DNA of 64,000 nucleotides from an uncultured bacterium (GCA_963695095.1 CAVOFT010000001.1:3104001-3168000); one strand, 5' to 3'. Counted from the first letter of the stretch, positions 9,033 to 19,044 are shown. Translations and numbers: made by a program. The notes: a model not told the origin generated them from the letters alone.

Positions 9033-12000
9033 CTACTTCACGAGCAGCAGGGTGCGGCTGGCGCGAAGGCCTCCGGCCTCGAGACGACAGAAGTAGGCCC
9101 CCGAGGCGAGCGGCGCGCCGTCGGCGCCACGGGCCTCCCAGCGCAGGCGATGCTCGCCCGCGGGCAAGGGCGCCGCGGCGAGCGGCCGGGCCACCTCGCG
9201 GCCCAGCACATCGAGAATGCGCAGCGTCACGCGAGCCGCCGCCGGCAGACCGAATCGCAACTCGGTGGCGGGGTTGAAGGGATTGGGATGGTTGGGCGCC
9301 AGGTAGAAGCCGCTGGGCGCCGGCAAGCTCGCCGTCAGCGTGCAGCCCACGGTGTAGAGGCCCACCAGGGCCGCGCAGTCGTTGTTCTCGGGCAGACAGG
9401 GCGAGGCATCGGCGAGCGTGTACTCGGCTCCCGTCACCGCGCAGTAGAGCGGATCCGCAGCGAAGCAGTCCCCGCCCGGCGTCTCCGCGTAGCCGGCATA
9501 GGGCTCGCTGCCATTGCCGAAGATGTCGCTGCAAGTCCAGAGCGTGGAACTGGGAGCGTCCGCCTCGTGGAGAGCGCCGCCACTCTGGGCCTCGTTGAAG
9601 GTGACGAGCAGGCGTTCGAGCGCGAGCGTGGCCGCGTAGGCCAGGCCGATGGCCCCGCCCCGCGCGGCCTGATTGTCGCTGAGCGTGGACTGGGCGATCT
9701 GCGGCGCGCCGCCGCTGAGGTAGACGGCGCCCCCGCTCTCGGCAGCCAGGTTGTCGTGCGCGAGCAGGTGACTGAACTGGGGAGCGCCGCCGAAGCTGGC
9801 CAGGCCGCCGCCGTTGCCGGTAACCGTGCCGTAGGCCTGGTTGCGGCGCAGGACCAGTCCCTCCACCTGCGACAGCGAGCCGCCCAGCACCAGGCCGCCG
9901 CCGGCGCCCTTGGCGCGACAGTCCTCGATCACCAGATTGCGCAGGGTGGGCGAGGCATTGCTCACGCGAATGCCGCCGCCGTTGTTGGATTCCCACTCGT
10001 AGTAGACGTGGCCGCCGCGAATCGTGAAGCCGTCGACGACGGCCCCTGGCCCCTCGCCGTGCTCGAAGTTGATTGCCCGGCCGGCCAGCTCGCAGTCGAT
10101 GATCGTCAGGGCCGCCCCGCCTTCGCTGCGCAGCACCACGTCGTGGCCGCCGAAGTCGAGCCGCTTGTTGCCCGGGCCGCGATAGGTGCCCGGCGCCACG
10201 AGCACGGTGTCGCCGTCGACCGAGACGTCGAGAGCGGATTGGATGTCCGCGTACTCCGCCGGCACGCGGTGCAAGGTGCCGCGCTGGGCGAGGAAGTCCT
10301 GACCGGAGATGTCGGCGATGACGTCGGTGTAGCTCCGGTAGGGCGGCGTGAAGGTGTAGTCTTGCGCCAGGGGCACGATGATCCCCGTCCAGTGGTCCGG
10401 CACGAGGACGAGGTAGTCGCCCCCGGCGTCCGTGTGCGCCTCGTAGAAGCTGCCGTAGACCCCGGCGCCGACCAGGGGCGAGCCGCCCGGGTCCGCGATG
10501 CGGCCGGCGATCGCGCGGTGGATGTTGTCGCAGCCCACGGGCAGCGGTCCGATGTCCAGGCCGCAGCTGTTGTTGGCGGCCGCGCAGGGGGAGTCCGCAT
10601 CGAGATGGAAGTCGCGGGTGAGCGGCGCGCAGAAGAGCGGGTTCGCGCTGAAGTTGCCGTCCTGGCCGCTCAGGTCGACGGCGCTGCCCCTCCAGTCGCC
10701 GCCGGCGTTGCCGAAGACATCGCTGCAGCTCGCGGCGAAGCCGGCGCCGCCGGCGGCCTCGAGGCCGCCGCCCTCGAAGCTGAAAACCGCCAGGCTCCGC
10801 GTCAGGGTAACCAGGCTGGCCTGATCCGCCCAGATCGCCCCGCCGCCGTTGTCGGCGCTGTTGAAGGCCAGCACGCTGGCCACGAACTCAGGCGTGGACG
10901 CCAGGCAGTAGAGAGCGCCGCCTCGATTCGCCGCGCTGTTGTCGTAGAGCTGGCAGCCCTGGAAGCTCGGGGCCGCGCCGGCGGCGCAGAACAGGCCGGC
11001 GCCATCGTCCGCAGCGGTGTTGTGGTGAATGACCAGATCGATCGCGGTCGGCGAGGCACTGATGCAGGCGAGGCCGCCGCCGTCCGTGAGGCCGTGGTTT
11101 TGCATGAGGATGAGATTCTCGAGCGTCGGCGCGCTGCCGATGCACAGGATGCCGGCGCCGGTCGTGTGGCGACCGTTCTTGATCGTGAAGCCGCTCAGCT
11201 TGGTCGCCGCCGTCTCGCCGCTCACGAAGAGGAAGCCGGGGGCCGCCGTCTGGCAATCGATGACGGTGACGGCCGGTCCGCCCGAGCTCAGGATGACCAG
11301 GTTCTTGCCGCCCGTGCTCAGGTTGCGATTGCCCGTTCCGGTGTAGGTGCCGGGCGCGACGCGCACGGTGTCGCCCGGCACGGCCACATCGATGGCCGCC
11401 TGCAGCGTGGCATACTCCAGGGGCACCTCGTGCACGTGGATGTTGCCCGTGCACGCCTCGCCGAAGCGGCCCATCTGCACGCCGCAACCGTTGCCCCCGG
11501 GCAGGCAGGGCGAGCTCTCGTGCAGGCCCAGCGGCGTACCGTCGCCGGCGGCCCCGCAGAACACCGGGTCGGTGGCGAGGTTGCCGCCGCTGCCGGTGGC
11601 ATCGGCCAGGGTGCCGGCGTAGCCGGGAGCGCCGCCGCCCCAGACGTCGCAGCAGGTGATGGCCAGGGCGGCGGACCCGGCGCCGTGCAGGCCGTCCGGC
11701 AGGTTCAGCGCCAGCAGGCAGGCGCTCAGCGTGGCCAGCGCCGCCCCGTCCAGCGAGAGGGCGCCGCCGACGCGCGCGGCCGTGTTGGTGTGGATGGTGG
11801 AGCCGTCCACGCTCGGCAGCGCCGCCCCCTCGCAGCGCAGGGCGCCGCCATGGCCGCCTTCGCTCGGTGATCCGGCGAGGCTCAAGGCCTGGTTGCCCTG
11901 CCAGAGACAGAGGCTGAAGGCGGGCGCGCCGTCCGCGATGAAGCAGGCGCCCCCATCGCCGCCGACGAGCTGGCCACCCGTGTCCGGCAGCGGGTAGGCG

Positions 12001-12647
12001 CTATTGCCCAGGAAGTCCACCCGCTCGAAGCGCGGCGAGCCGCCGAGGCTGTAGACGGCGCCGCCCCAGGCCGCCGTGTTGCCGCTGAAGCTGCAGTCGA
12101 GGAAGACCGGGGCAGCCGTCCCGAGCACGCAGACGGCGCCGCCGCGCAGGTGGGCATTGCTTTCGAAGCGGCAGCGCTCGAGCAGAGGCGCGGCCGCGCC
12201 TTCGCAGCGGAGCGCCGCGCCGCCCGTGCCCGAGGCGGCGTTGCCGTAGTTCTGGGCGAAGACGCAATCCTGCAGCCGCGGGGAGACGCTCCCGCCGCAG
12301 AGGATGGCAGTCGTCGATCCGCTGAAGCTGAGCCCCACGAGCAGGGTCGCCGCCGACTCGCCGCTCTGGAAGCGGAAGAGGGTCTGCCCGGCGCCGGCCA
12401 GGCTGGCCGGCGTGCCGGTGTCGCTCAGGTAGACGAGGTCCTTGCCGGCAGGATCGAGGTTCACGTTGCCCGCGCCGAAGAAGCTGCCCTTGAGCAGCAG
12501 CGTGTCGCCGGGCGCAGCCGCGTCGATGACGGCCTGGATGGGCGGTCCGTCGCCGGCAACGACCTCGTGCAGGGCCGCCGGCACCCTGGCTGCCGGAAGC
12601 AGACAGATCACCATCCCGAGGAGTGCGCCAATGGAGTGTCGCGGCAA
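9033..12647 (-). CDS. secreted right-handed beta-helix repeat protein (3 modules) with FlgD-Ig/T9SS-like C-terminal domain
   Basis: Signal peptide; GGA / FxxN repeats; DTVxVAPGTY; C-terminal NHPNPFNPAT...LASGAYFCRL...LLLVK. Confidence 0.8.
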   Translation of the reverse strand: MPRHSIGALLGMVICLLPAARVPAALHEVVAGDGPPIQAVIDAAAPGDTLLLKGSFFGAGNVNLDPAGKDLVYLSDTGTPASLAGAGQTLFRFQSGESAATLLVGLSFSGSTTAILCGGSVSPRLQDCVFAQNYGNAASGTGGAALRCEGAAAPLLERCRFESNAHLRGGAVCVLGTAAPVFLDCSFSGNTAAWGGAVYSLGGSPRFERVDFLGNSAYPLPDTGGQLVGGDGGACFIADGAPAFSLCLWQGNQALSLAGSPSEGGHGGALRCEGAALPSVDGSTIHTNTAARVGGALSLDGAALATLSACLLALNLPDGLHGAGSAALAITCCDVWGGGAPGYAGTLADATGSGGNLATDPVFCGAAGDGTPLGLHESSPCLPGGNGCGVQMGRFGEACTGNIHVHEVPLEYATLQAAIDVAVPGDTVRVAPGTYTGTGNRNLSTGGKNLVILSSGGPAVTVIDCQTAAPGFLFVSGETAATKLSGFTIKNGRHTTGAGILCIGSAPTLENLILMQNHGLTDGGGLACISASPTAIDLVIHHNTAADDGAGLFCAAGAAPSFQGCQLYDNSAANRGGALYCLASTPEFVASVLAFNSADNGGGAIWADQASLVTLTRSLAVFSFEGGGLEAAGGAGFAASCSDVFGNAGGDWRGSAVDLSGQDGNFSANPLFCAPLTRDFHLDADSPCAAANNSCGLDIGPLPVGCDNIHRAIAGRIADPGGSPLVGAGVYGSFYEAHTDAGGDYLVLVPDHWTGIIVPLAQDYTFTPPYRSYTDVIADISGQDFLAQRGTLHRVPAEYADIQSALDVSVDGDTVLVAPGTYRGPGNKRLDFGGHDVVLRSEGGAALTIIDCELAGRAINFEHGEGPGAVVDGFTIRGGHVYYEWESNNGGGIRVSNASPTLRNLVIEDCRAKGAGGGLVLGGSLSQVEGLVLRRNQAYGTVTGNGGGLASFGGAPQFSHLLAHDNLAAESGGAVYLSGGAPQIAQSTLSDNQAARGGAIGLAYAATLALERLLVTFNEAQSGGALHEADAPSSTLWTCSDIFGNGSEPYAGYAETPGGDCFAADPLYCAVTGAEYTLADASPCLPENNDCAALVGLYTVGCTLTASLPAPSGFYLAPNHPNPFNPATELRFGLPAAARVTLRILDVLGREVARPLAAAPLPAGEHRLRWEARGADGAPLASGAYFCRLEAGGLRASRTLLLVK

Positions 12648-12859
12648 AGGTGCCTCCCGGCGATCTTGTACTTGAGCGGGCGCGCCGGTGGCCGCGCGAG
12701 GGGGAAGGCCACCGGGCAGTCAGTATTCTAGCACATTCAGCGCGGCGTGGGCAGGATCCTGCCAGCCGGCAGTCCGAAGCCCTGGGATCCCAGCGGTTTA
12801 GCCAATCGACCCGCGGCTTGGGACTGGCCGTCGGCACCCGGATCGGTTAGGCTGGCGCC

Positions 12860-13984
12860 ATGGACAAGCGCCGCTTCAGCCGGATCTTCCTGGTTCTGCT
12901 GCTGGTCCTGATCAGCGGGCTGTTCTTGGCCATGATCCGGGCCTTCCTGCTCACGCTCCTGCTGGCGGCCATTCTCGCGGGACTGGCAAGTCCCCTCTAC
13001 GGGCGCCTGCTGCGTCTCAGCCGCGGTCGCCGCGCCCTGGCCAGCGTCTTCACCCTGGTGCTGCTCTCGCTGCTCATCCTCGTGCCTCTGGGCCTGCTCC
13101 TGGGCATGGTGGCCGCCGAAGCCTATCAGATCAGCCAGGCGGCGTTGCCCTGGATCCAGAGCCGGCTGGAACAGCCCGACCTCGTTCTGGAAACCCTGCG
13201 GGGGCTGCCGGGGGCTGAGCGGCTGATTCCCTACCGTCAGCCGCTCCTCGAGAAGGCGGGCGAACTGGTGGGCAGCCTGGGCAGCTTCCTCGTCGACAGC
13301 CTCTCGGCCACCACGCGCGGCACGGTGAGCTTCTTCTTCCACCTGGGCATCCTGCTCTACGCGCTCTACTTCTTCCTGATCGACGGCAACCGGCTGCTCG
13401 AGCGCATCCTCGGCTACCTGCCCATGGCCGCCCCGGACAAGCGACGGATGGTGGCCAGATTCGTGTCGGTGAGTCGAGCGACGCTCAAGGGCACCCTGCT
13501 CATCGGGCTCGCCCAGGGCTGTCTGGCGGGGCTGGCCTTCGCTGTCGCGGGGATCCCCGGCGCGGTCTTCTGGGGCGCCGTGATGACCCTGCTCTCGGTG
13601 ATCCCGGGCATCGGCACCGCCTTGGTCTGGCTGCCGGCCGGACTGCTCTTGATCTTCGATGGCCACCTGGGCGCCGGCATCGGCCTGATCGTCTTCTGCG
13701 GCCTCGTCGTCGGCAGCATCGACAACCTGCTGCGCCCCCGCCTGGTCGGCCGCGACACGGAGATGCACGAGCTGCTCATCCTGTTCGGCACCCTCGGGGG
13801 CATCCTGCTCTTCGGGGTCGTCGGCCTCATCGTCGGGCCCATCCTGGCCGCCCTCTTCGTGACGGTCTGGCAGCTCTACGGCGAAGCCTTCGCCGAGCTG
13901 CTGGAGGCGCCGGCGACGCCGGTTGCGGCCGCGCCCGGCGAGCCCGAGGCGGCCGAAGGCCCTGGTGAGGACCACAAAGCCTGA
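12860..13984 (+). CDS. AI-2E (PerM/YdiK) family transporter
   Basis: Multi-TM protein; LYFFLIDG, IPGIGTALVW, IDNLLRPRLVG, GLIVGP motifs. Confidence 0.88.
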   Translation: MDKRRFSRIFLVLLLVLISGLFLAMIRAFLLTLLLAAILAGLASPLYGRLLRLSRGRRALASVFTLVLLSLLILVPLGLLLGMVAAEAYQISQAALPWIQSRLEQPDLVLETLRGLPGAERLIPYRQPLLEKAGELVGSLGSFLVDSLSATTRGTVSFFFHLGILLYALYFFLIDGNRLLERILGYLPMAAPDKRRMVARFVSVSRATLKGTLLIGLAQGCLAGLAFAVAGIPGAVFWGAVMTLLSVIPGIGTALVWLPAGLLLIFDGHLGAGIGLIVFCGLVVGSIDNLLRPRLVGRDTEMHELLILFGTLGGILLFGVVGLIVGPILAALFVTVWQLYGEAFAELLEAPATPVAAAPGEPEAAEGPGEDHKA

Positions 13985-14102
13985 AATAATAACGGATCTG
14001 CCCTTGCGCGACCGCTTCGGTCGCCTATCTTGCCCGCTCCCGCCTCCGGGCGCATGCCGCCGCCCAGCGCCGCGGCGATTCAAGGTCACTTAGGAGCAAG
14101 TC

Positions 14103-16199
14103 ATGAACGGAGAGCTGAGCCGGCTCCGCAACATCGGGATCAGTGCGCACATCGACTCGGGCAAGACCACGCTCACCGAGCGTATCTTGTTCTATACCAA
14201 CCGGATTCATGCCATCCACGAGGTGAAGGGCAAGGACGGCGTCGGCGCGACGATGGATTCCATGGAGCTCGAGCGCGAGCGGGGCATCACGATCGCCTCG
14301 GCGGCCACCCATGTCGAGTGGGCGGGCCACCTCATCAACATCATCGACACGCCCGGCCACGTGGACTTCACGATCGAGGTGGAACGGGCCCTGCGCGTGC
14401 TGGACGGCGCCGTCCTCGTGCTCTGCGCCGTCGCGGGCGTGCAGAGCCAGTCCATCACCGTGGACCGTCAGATGCGCCGCTACAAGGTGCCCCGCGTCGC
14501 CTTCGTCAACAAGTGCGACCGCTCGGGCGCCAACCCGGCCCGCGTCACCGAGCAGCTCTGCGAGAAGCTCGGCCACAATGCCGTCATGCTGCAGATCCCC
14601 ATCGGCCTCGAGGCCGATCATCAGGGGATCATCGATCTCGTGCGCATGAAGGCCGTCTACTTCGACGGCGCCAACGGCGAGGACCTCCGCGAGGAGGCGA
14701 TCCCCGCGCACCTGCGCGCGGAGTCGGAGGCCCGGCGCGAACTGCTCGTGGACGCCGCCTCGATGTTCGATGACGGCCTCATGGAGGCCGCCCTCGAGGG
14801 CGGCAGCGTCAGCGAGGACATGCTGCACGCTGCCGTGCGCAAGGGCGTGATCGCCCGCGAGCTGACGCCCGTCTTCATCGGCTCCGCCTACAAGAACAAG
14901 GGCGTGCAGCTGCTCATGGATGGCCTCGTGCGCTACCTGCCCGATCCCACCGAGGTGGAGAACGAGGCCACGCGCGCCGACCGCGAGAACGGCGAGAGCA
15001 AGTTCATCGTGAGCAACGACCCGGCCGATCCCCTGCTCGCCCTCGCCTTCAAGCTCGAGGACGGCACCTACGGCCAGCTCACCTACATCCGCCTGTACCA
15101 GGGCAAGCTCGAGAAGGGCGATTCCATCGTGAACGTCCGCACCGGCAAGAAGGTGAAGGTGGGCCGCCTGGTGCGCATGCACGCCAGCGCAATGGAGGAC
15201 ATCGACCGCGCCGCCGCCGGCGACATCGTGGCCCTGTTCGGCATCGATTGCGCCTCGGGCGACAGCTTCACCGACGGCAGCTTCGTGGCCTCGATGGCCA
15301 GCATGCACGTGCCCGAGCCGGTGATCAGCCTGGCCGTCAAACCCAAGGACAAGAAGTCCCAGGACAGCCTGTCCAAGGCGATCCAGCGCTTCAGCAAGGA
15401 GGACCCCACCTTCCAGGTGGCGGCCGATCCCGAGACCGGCGACACGGTGATCAAGGGCATGGGCGAACTGCACCTGGACGTCTACCTCGAGCGCATGCGC
15501 CGCGAGTACAAGGTGGAGGTGGAGACCAGCGCGCCGCAGGTGGCCTACCGCGAAACGCCCGGGCGCGCGGTGGACTTCGAGTACGTGCACAAGAAGCAGA
15601 CCGGCGGCTCGGGCCAGTACGGCAAGGTGCAATGCCGACTGGAACCCTGGGCCGAGGCCGACTTCGCCTTCGAGAACAAGGTGACGGGCGGCAACATCCC
15701 CAGCGAGTACATCAGCTCGGTCGAGAAGGGCTTCCGCTCGATGCTCGCCAAGGGCCAGGCCATCGGCGCGCCGGTGGTGAACATGAAGATCACCCTCCTG
15801 GACGGCGGCTATCACGCCGTCGACTCCTCGGACAATGCCTTCCAGGAGACGGCCCGCGGCGCCTTCCGCGAGTACTATCCCAAGAGCGGGCCCCGGGTGC
15901 TCGAGCCCTTGATGCTGGTGTCGGTGGAGACGCCGCGCGAATTCCAGGGCGATACGATGGGCACGCTGATGCAGCGGCGGGCGATCGTGCTCGGCACTAC
16001 CGAGGACGAGGACTTCGTGCGCATCGATGCCGAGGTGCCGCTGGCCGAGATGTTCGGCTATGCTACCGTGCTGCGCTCGGCCACCCAGGGCAAGGCCAGC
16101 TTCACCATGGAGTTCAAGCGCTATGCGCCAGCGCCGGCAGACGTTGCCGAGGAGCTGCGCAAGCTTTATCTCGAGAAGCGCCAGGCCGGCAGCAAGTAG
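14103..16199 (+). CDS. fusA: elongation factor G, stand-alone copy (mtEF-G1/spdEFG1-like)
   Basis: [66 protein letters not shown]. Confidence 0.95.
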   Translation: MNGELSRLRNIGISAHIDSGKTTLTERILFYTNRIHAIHEVKGKDGVGATMDSMELERERGITIASAATHVEWAGHLINIIDTPGHVDFTIEVERALRVLDGAVLVLCAVAGVQSQSITVDRQMRRYKVPRVAFVNKCDRSGANPARVTEQLCEKLGHNAVMLQIPIGLEADHQGIIDLVRMKAVYFDGANGEDLREEAIPAHLRAESEARRELLVDAASMFDDGLMEAALEGGSVSEDMLHAAVRKGVIARELTPVFIGSAYKNKGVQLLMDGLVRYLPDPTEVENEATRADRENGESKFIVSNDPADPLLALAFKLEDGTYGQLTYIRLYQGKLEKGDSIVNVRTGKKVKVGRLVRMHASAMEDIDRAAAGDIVALFGIDCASGDSFTDGSFVASMASMHVPEPVISLAVKPKDKKSQDSLSKAIQRFSKEDPTFQVAADPETGDTVIKGMGELHLDVYLERMRREYKVEVETSAPQVAYRETPGRAVDFEYVHKKQTGGSGQYGKVQCRLEPWAEADFAFENKVTGGNIPSEYISSVEKGFRSMLAKGQAIGAPVVNMKITLLDGGYHAVDSSDNAFQETARGAFREYYPKSGPRVLEPLMLVSVETPREFQGDTMGTLMQRRAIVLGTTEDEDFVRIDAEVPLAEMFGYATVLRSATQGKASFTMEFKRYAPAPADVAEELRKLYLEKRQAGSK

Positions 16200-16210
16200 G
16201 AGGAGGGGCC

Positions 16211-16924
16211 GTGGTCTACCGCAAGCAGCTGAACAAGCGCAGCCCCCTGCGCGTCTTCGAGCGCTCTCTGCACGGAGGGCTCGGCAAGGGCAACATCGGC
16301 GTTGTCACGAGCCGCAAGGGCGTCGGCAAGACGGCCTTCCTCACCGACATCGCCCTGGACGACCTCATGCGCGATCGCGCCGTGCTGCACGTCACGCTCC
16401 AGCACAGCGTCGAGCGCGTGATTGCCTTCTACGACGAGATCTTCTCGGAGCTGGCGCGCAGCCAGAAGCTGGAGGACGAGGTGGAGACCCGGCTCGCCGT
16501 CGAGCGGCACCGACACGTCCTCAGCTACCGGAGCCTGAAGGAATTCACGCTGGATCGTCTGCGCGAGAGTCTCGGCTTTCTCGGCCAGCATGCAGCCTTC
16601 AAGCCGGAGGCCATCGTCCTGGACGGCTACCCCGATTTCGTGGCGCTCGCCGAGCCCGAGATGGCGGCGCTGAAGCAGCTCGCCCAGGATTTCGAGCTGG
16701 AGCTGTGGATCACGGCGCTGCACCACCGTGAGGGGCAGCAGCACGACGGCCGCGGCGTTCCCGCCGAAGTGGCGCGCTTCGACACCTATTTCTCGGTGAT
16801 CGTGCACCTCGAGCCGCAGGGCGACCATGTGGTGCTGCGGCTCGTGAAGGACCACGAGAATGCCGACCTCGCCCAGCTGCACCTGGAACTCGATCCGCGC
16901 ACGCTACTGCTGCGCTGGAGCTGA
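16211..16924 (+). CDS. uncharacterised P-loop (RecA/KaiC-like) ATPase-fold protein
   Basis: GTG after AGGAGGAGG, 11 bp after the fusA stop; Walker A-like SRKGVGKT, Walker B-like AIVLDG. Confidence 0.75.
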   Translation: MVYRKQLNKRSPLRVFERSLHGGLGKGNIGVVTSRKGVGKTAFLTDIALDDLMRDRAVLHVTLQHSVERVIAFYDEIFSELARSQKLEDEVETRLAVERHRHVLSYRSLKEFTLDRLRESLGFLGQHAAFKPEAIVLDGYPDFVALAEPEMAALKQLAQDFELELWITALHHREGQQHDGRGVPAEVARFDTYFSVIVHLEPQGDHVVLRLVKDHENADLAQLHLELDPRTLLLRWS

Positions 16925-16953
16925 GCCGAGGCGGACCCGACTGCCCGCTGCGC

Positions 16954-17478
16954 CTAGGCCGCGCCGTCGGCGGCGGGCGCTGCGGCCGGCGCCGGCCGCT
17001 GGCCCATCTCGCGATCGATCATGAAGAGCGCATGGCCGGCATCCCCCACCAGCCGGAGCTGCTGCACCACCGCCTCCACGGAGGCCTCCTCCTCCACCTG
17101 CTCGTTCACGAACCACTGCAGGTGGGCGTTGCTCGCGTGGTCGGACTGCTTGATGGCCAGATCGACCAGGCGGTTGATGGAGGCGGTCACTTCGCGCTCA
17201 TGCGCCAGCGTGTACTCGAAGATTGCCAGCGGGTTGGCCCATTCCTGAGCCACCGCCGCGATGTCGCCCAGGCGCGCCTTGCCGCCGCGGTCCAGGATGT
17301 AGTCGAACAGGCGCAGCGCGTGCATCTGCTCCTCCTGGAACTGGAAGCGCATCCAGCGGGCGAAGCCGGGCAGGTTGCGCTCGGCGAACCAGCCGGCCAT
17401 GGCGAGATAGAGGTAGGCCGAGTAGAACTCGTTCTTCACCTGCTCGTTGAGGGCGCCTTCCATCTCCTTGCTCAGCAT
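16954..17478 (-). CDS. ftnA: non-heme ferritin
   Basis: EFYSAYLY, QEEQMHA, HEREVT, LQWFVNEQVEEE ferroxidase residues. Confidence 0.93.
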   Translation of the reverse strand: MLSKEMEGALNEQVKNEFYSAYLYLAMAGWFAERNLPGFARWMRFQFQEEQMHALRLFDYILDRGGKARLGDIAAVAQEWANPLAIFEYTLAHEREVTASINRLVDLAIKQSDHASNAHLQWFVNEQVEEEASVEAVVQQLRLVGDAGHALFMIDREMGQRPAPAAAPAADGAA

Positions 17479-17576
17479 CCTTCTGCCTCCGGCTGCGGGT
17501 AATGCCTGCGCCGGCGCTCACCGCCGACGCTCGCTTCCAGTTTCGGCAATCTGCGGGCCGCTCGCAAGGGGTCTGC

Positions 17577-18401
17577 TCAGATCGGGCCGGCCGCCAGGGC
17601 CGCGTCCAGCCGGGCCAGTTCCCAGCGCAGGCGAGGCAAACAGGCGCCGGCCCAGGCCGGCCGCCCTTCGCGCAGTTCCACCTCGAGGGCGGCCGCCACT
17701 TCGCCGAGCATCAGCCCCCCCACGTTGCGGGCGGCGCCTTTGAGGCTGTGGGCCAGGCGCAGGGCCTCCGCTGGCCGCGTCGCCAGCGCCGCCGCCAGAG
17801 CCGCCAGCTGCTGCGGCGCATCGCCGCGGAAGGTGGCGACGACCAGCTGCGCGATCCGCTCATCGCCGCCCAGTCGCCGGCGCAGGTCGTCCGCATCCAG
17901 GCGGGGGCGCCGCGTCCAGCCGGGCAGGGCGGTGGCGGCGGCGGCGACCTGGGCGCGTTCAGCCCAGAGCAGGTTGCCCGCGGCTCCGCTGGCAAAGTCC
18001 AGCTCGGCGAGCCCGCCCGCCTTGCGCAGGGCGGCTACGCCGAGGGGATCGGGCTCAGGCGGCGGCGCCTCGCCGGCCAGGTAGGCGAAGGCGGCGGCCT
18101 GCGCTGGTTCCGGCAGGCCGGGCAAGGTATCGAGGATGAAAGTGCGCAGGCGGCCGCCCTCCTGGCCGCGAACCACTCCTAGCCCGAGCGACAGAACTCC
18201 ACCACAGCGGGCGGCGGCGCCGCGGCTGCAGGCAGCCTCGGCGAGGACCCGCAGCGCGGACTCCGCCCAGTCATCAGCCGCAGGTGGCAGCTCAAGGGCT
18301 AGGGGCAGTGAGGGTCCGCTCAGCGTCAGCGCCAGGGCCTCGGCCCGCGGCGCCAGTTCCACCCGGAGTCTCTCCAGCCGATCCTTCAGCGCCAAGGCCA
18401 T
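17577..18401 (-). CDS. Hpt (histidine phosphotransfer) domain protein with divergent N-terminus
   Basis: LRLAHSLKGAARNVGG H-box; LRRRLGGDE motif typical upstream of Hpt domains. Confidence 0.7.
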   Translation of the reverse strand: MALALKDRLERLRVELAPRAEALALTLSGPSLPLALELPPAADDWAESALRVLAEAACSRGAAARCGGVLSLGLGVVRGQEGGRLRTFILDTLPGLPEPAQAAAFAYLAGEAPPPEPDPLGVAALRKAGGLAELDFASGAAGNLLWAERAQVAAAATALPGWTRRPRLDADDLRRRLGGDERIAQLVVATFRGDAPQQLAALAAALATRPAEALRLAHSLKGAARNVGGLMLGEVAAALEVELREGRPAWAGACLPRLRWELARLDAALAAGPI

Positions 18402-18540
18402 GACCACCTCGCTGCCGGCGTTCCCGCCAAGGCCAGACTAGCGCTTGCTTCGCTCCCTGTCACGCGGGCAGTGGGGAATCCCCTGCCGCTCGGGGGCGGG
18501 CCGTGCTAGTGTGCGGGCGAGGCAGCCCGAGGAGGCCCCC

Positions 18541-19044
18541 GTGGAACTGATACTCTTCCGGCATGGCATCGCCATCGATCGCGAGGACCCCGACTGCCCG
18601 CCGGAAGAGCAGCGCCAGCTCACGGCAGAGGGCGAGCAGCGCACGCGCGAATCCGCCCTCGGCCTCCGAGCCCTGCGCCTCGCTCCCCAGCGCGTGCTGA
18701 GCAGCCCCCTCCTGCGCACCCTGCAGACGGCGGCCATCGCGGCCGAGGTCCTCGGCCGCGGCGCGCGCCCGCTGGCGGTCGAGGAATGGCCGGAGCTGGC
18801 CTACTGGGTGGACCCCGCCCTGACCCTGGAGCGTCTGAGCGCGCTCGGCGCCGGCCAGGTGCTGCTCGTCGGCCATCGCCCGCATCTGGACGCCCTGCTC
18901 GCGGCCGCCAGCAGCGCCACGGACGAGACCTTCACGGCAATCAAGAAGGCCGGGGCCGCCCTCGTCGACTGGATGCCGCCCGGCGGAGAGCTGCGCTGGC
19001 TGCTGACGCCGGCCATCCTGCGCCGCCTGGGCCGCGCAGAGTGA
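18541..19044 (+). CDS. sixA: SixA-like phosphohistidine phosphatase
   Basis: LILFRHGIA, RQLTAEG, SSPLLRT, LLVGHRP; GAGGAGG RBS. Confidence 0.8.
   Translation: MELILFRHGIAIDREDPDCPPEEQRQLTAEGEQRTRESALGLRALRLAPQRVLSSPLLRTLQTAAIAAEVLGRGARPLAVEEWPELAYWVDPALTLERLSALGAGQVLLVGHRPHLDALLAAASSATDETFTAIKKAGAALVDWMPPGGELRWLLTPAILRRLGRAE

Noticed and set aside
8959..9996. N-terminal extension of the 1173-aa ORF in the track
   Set aside because: It overlaps the upstream beta-helix gene in another frame; the RBS and signal-like peptide point to a start near 8958
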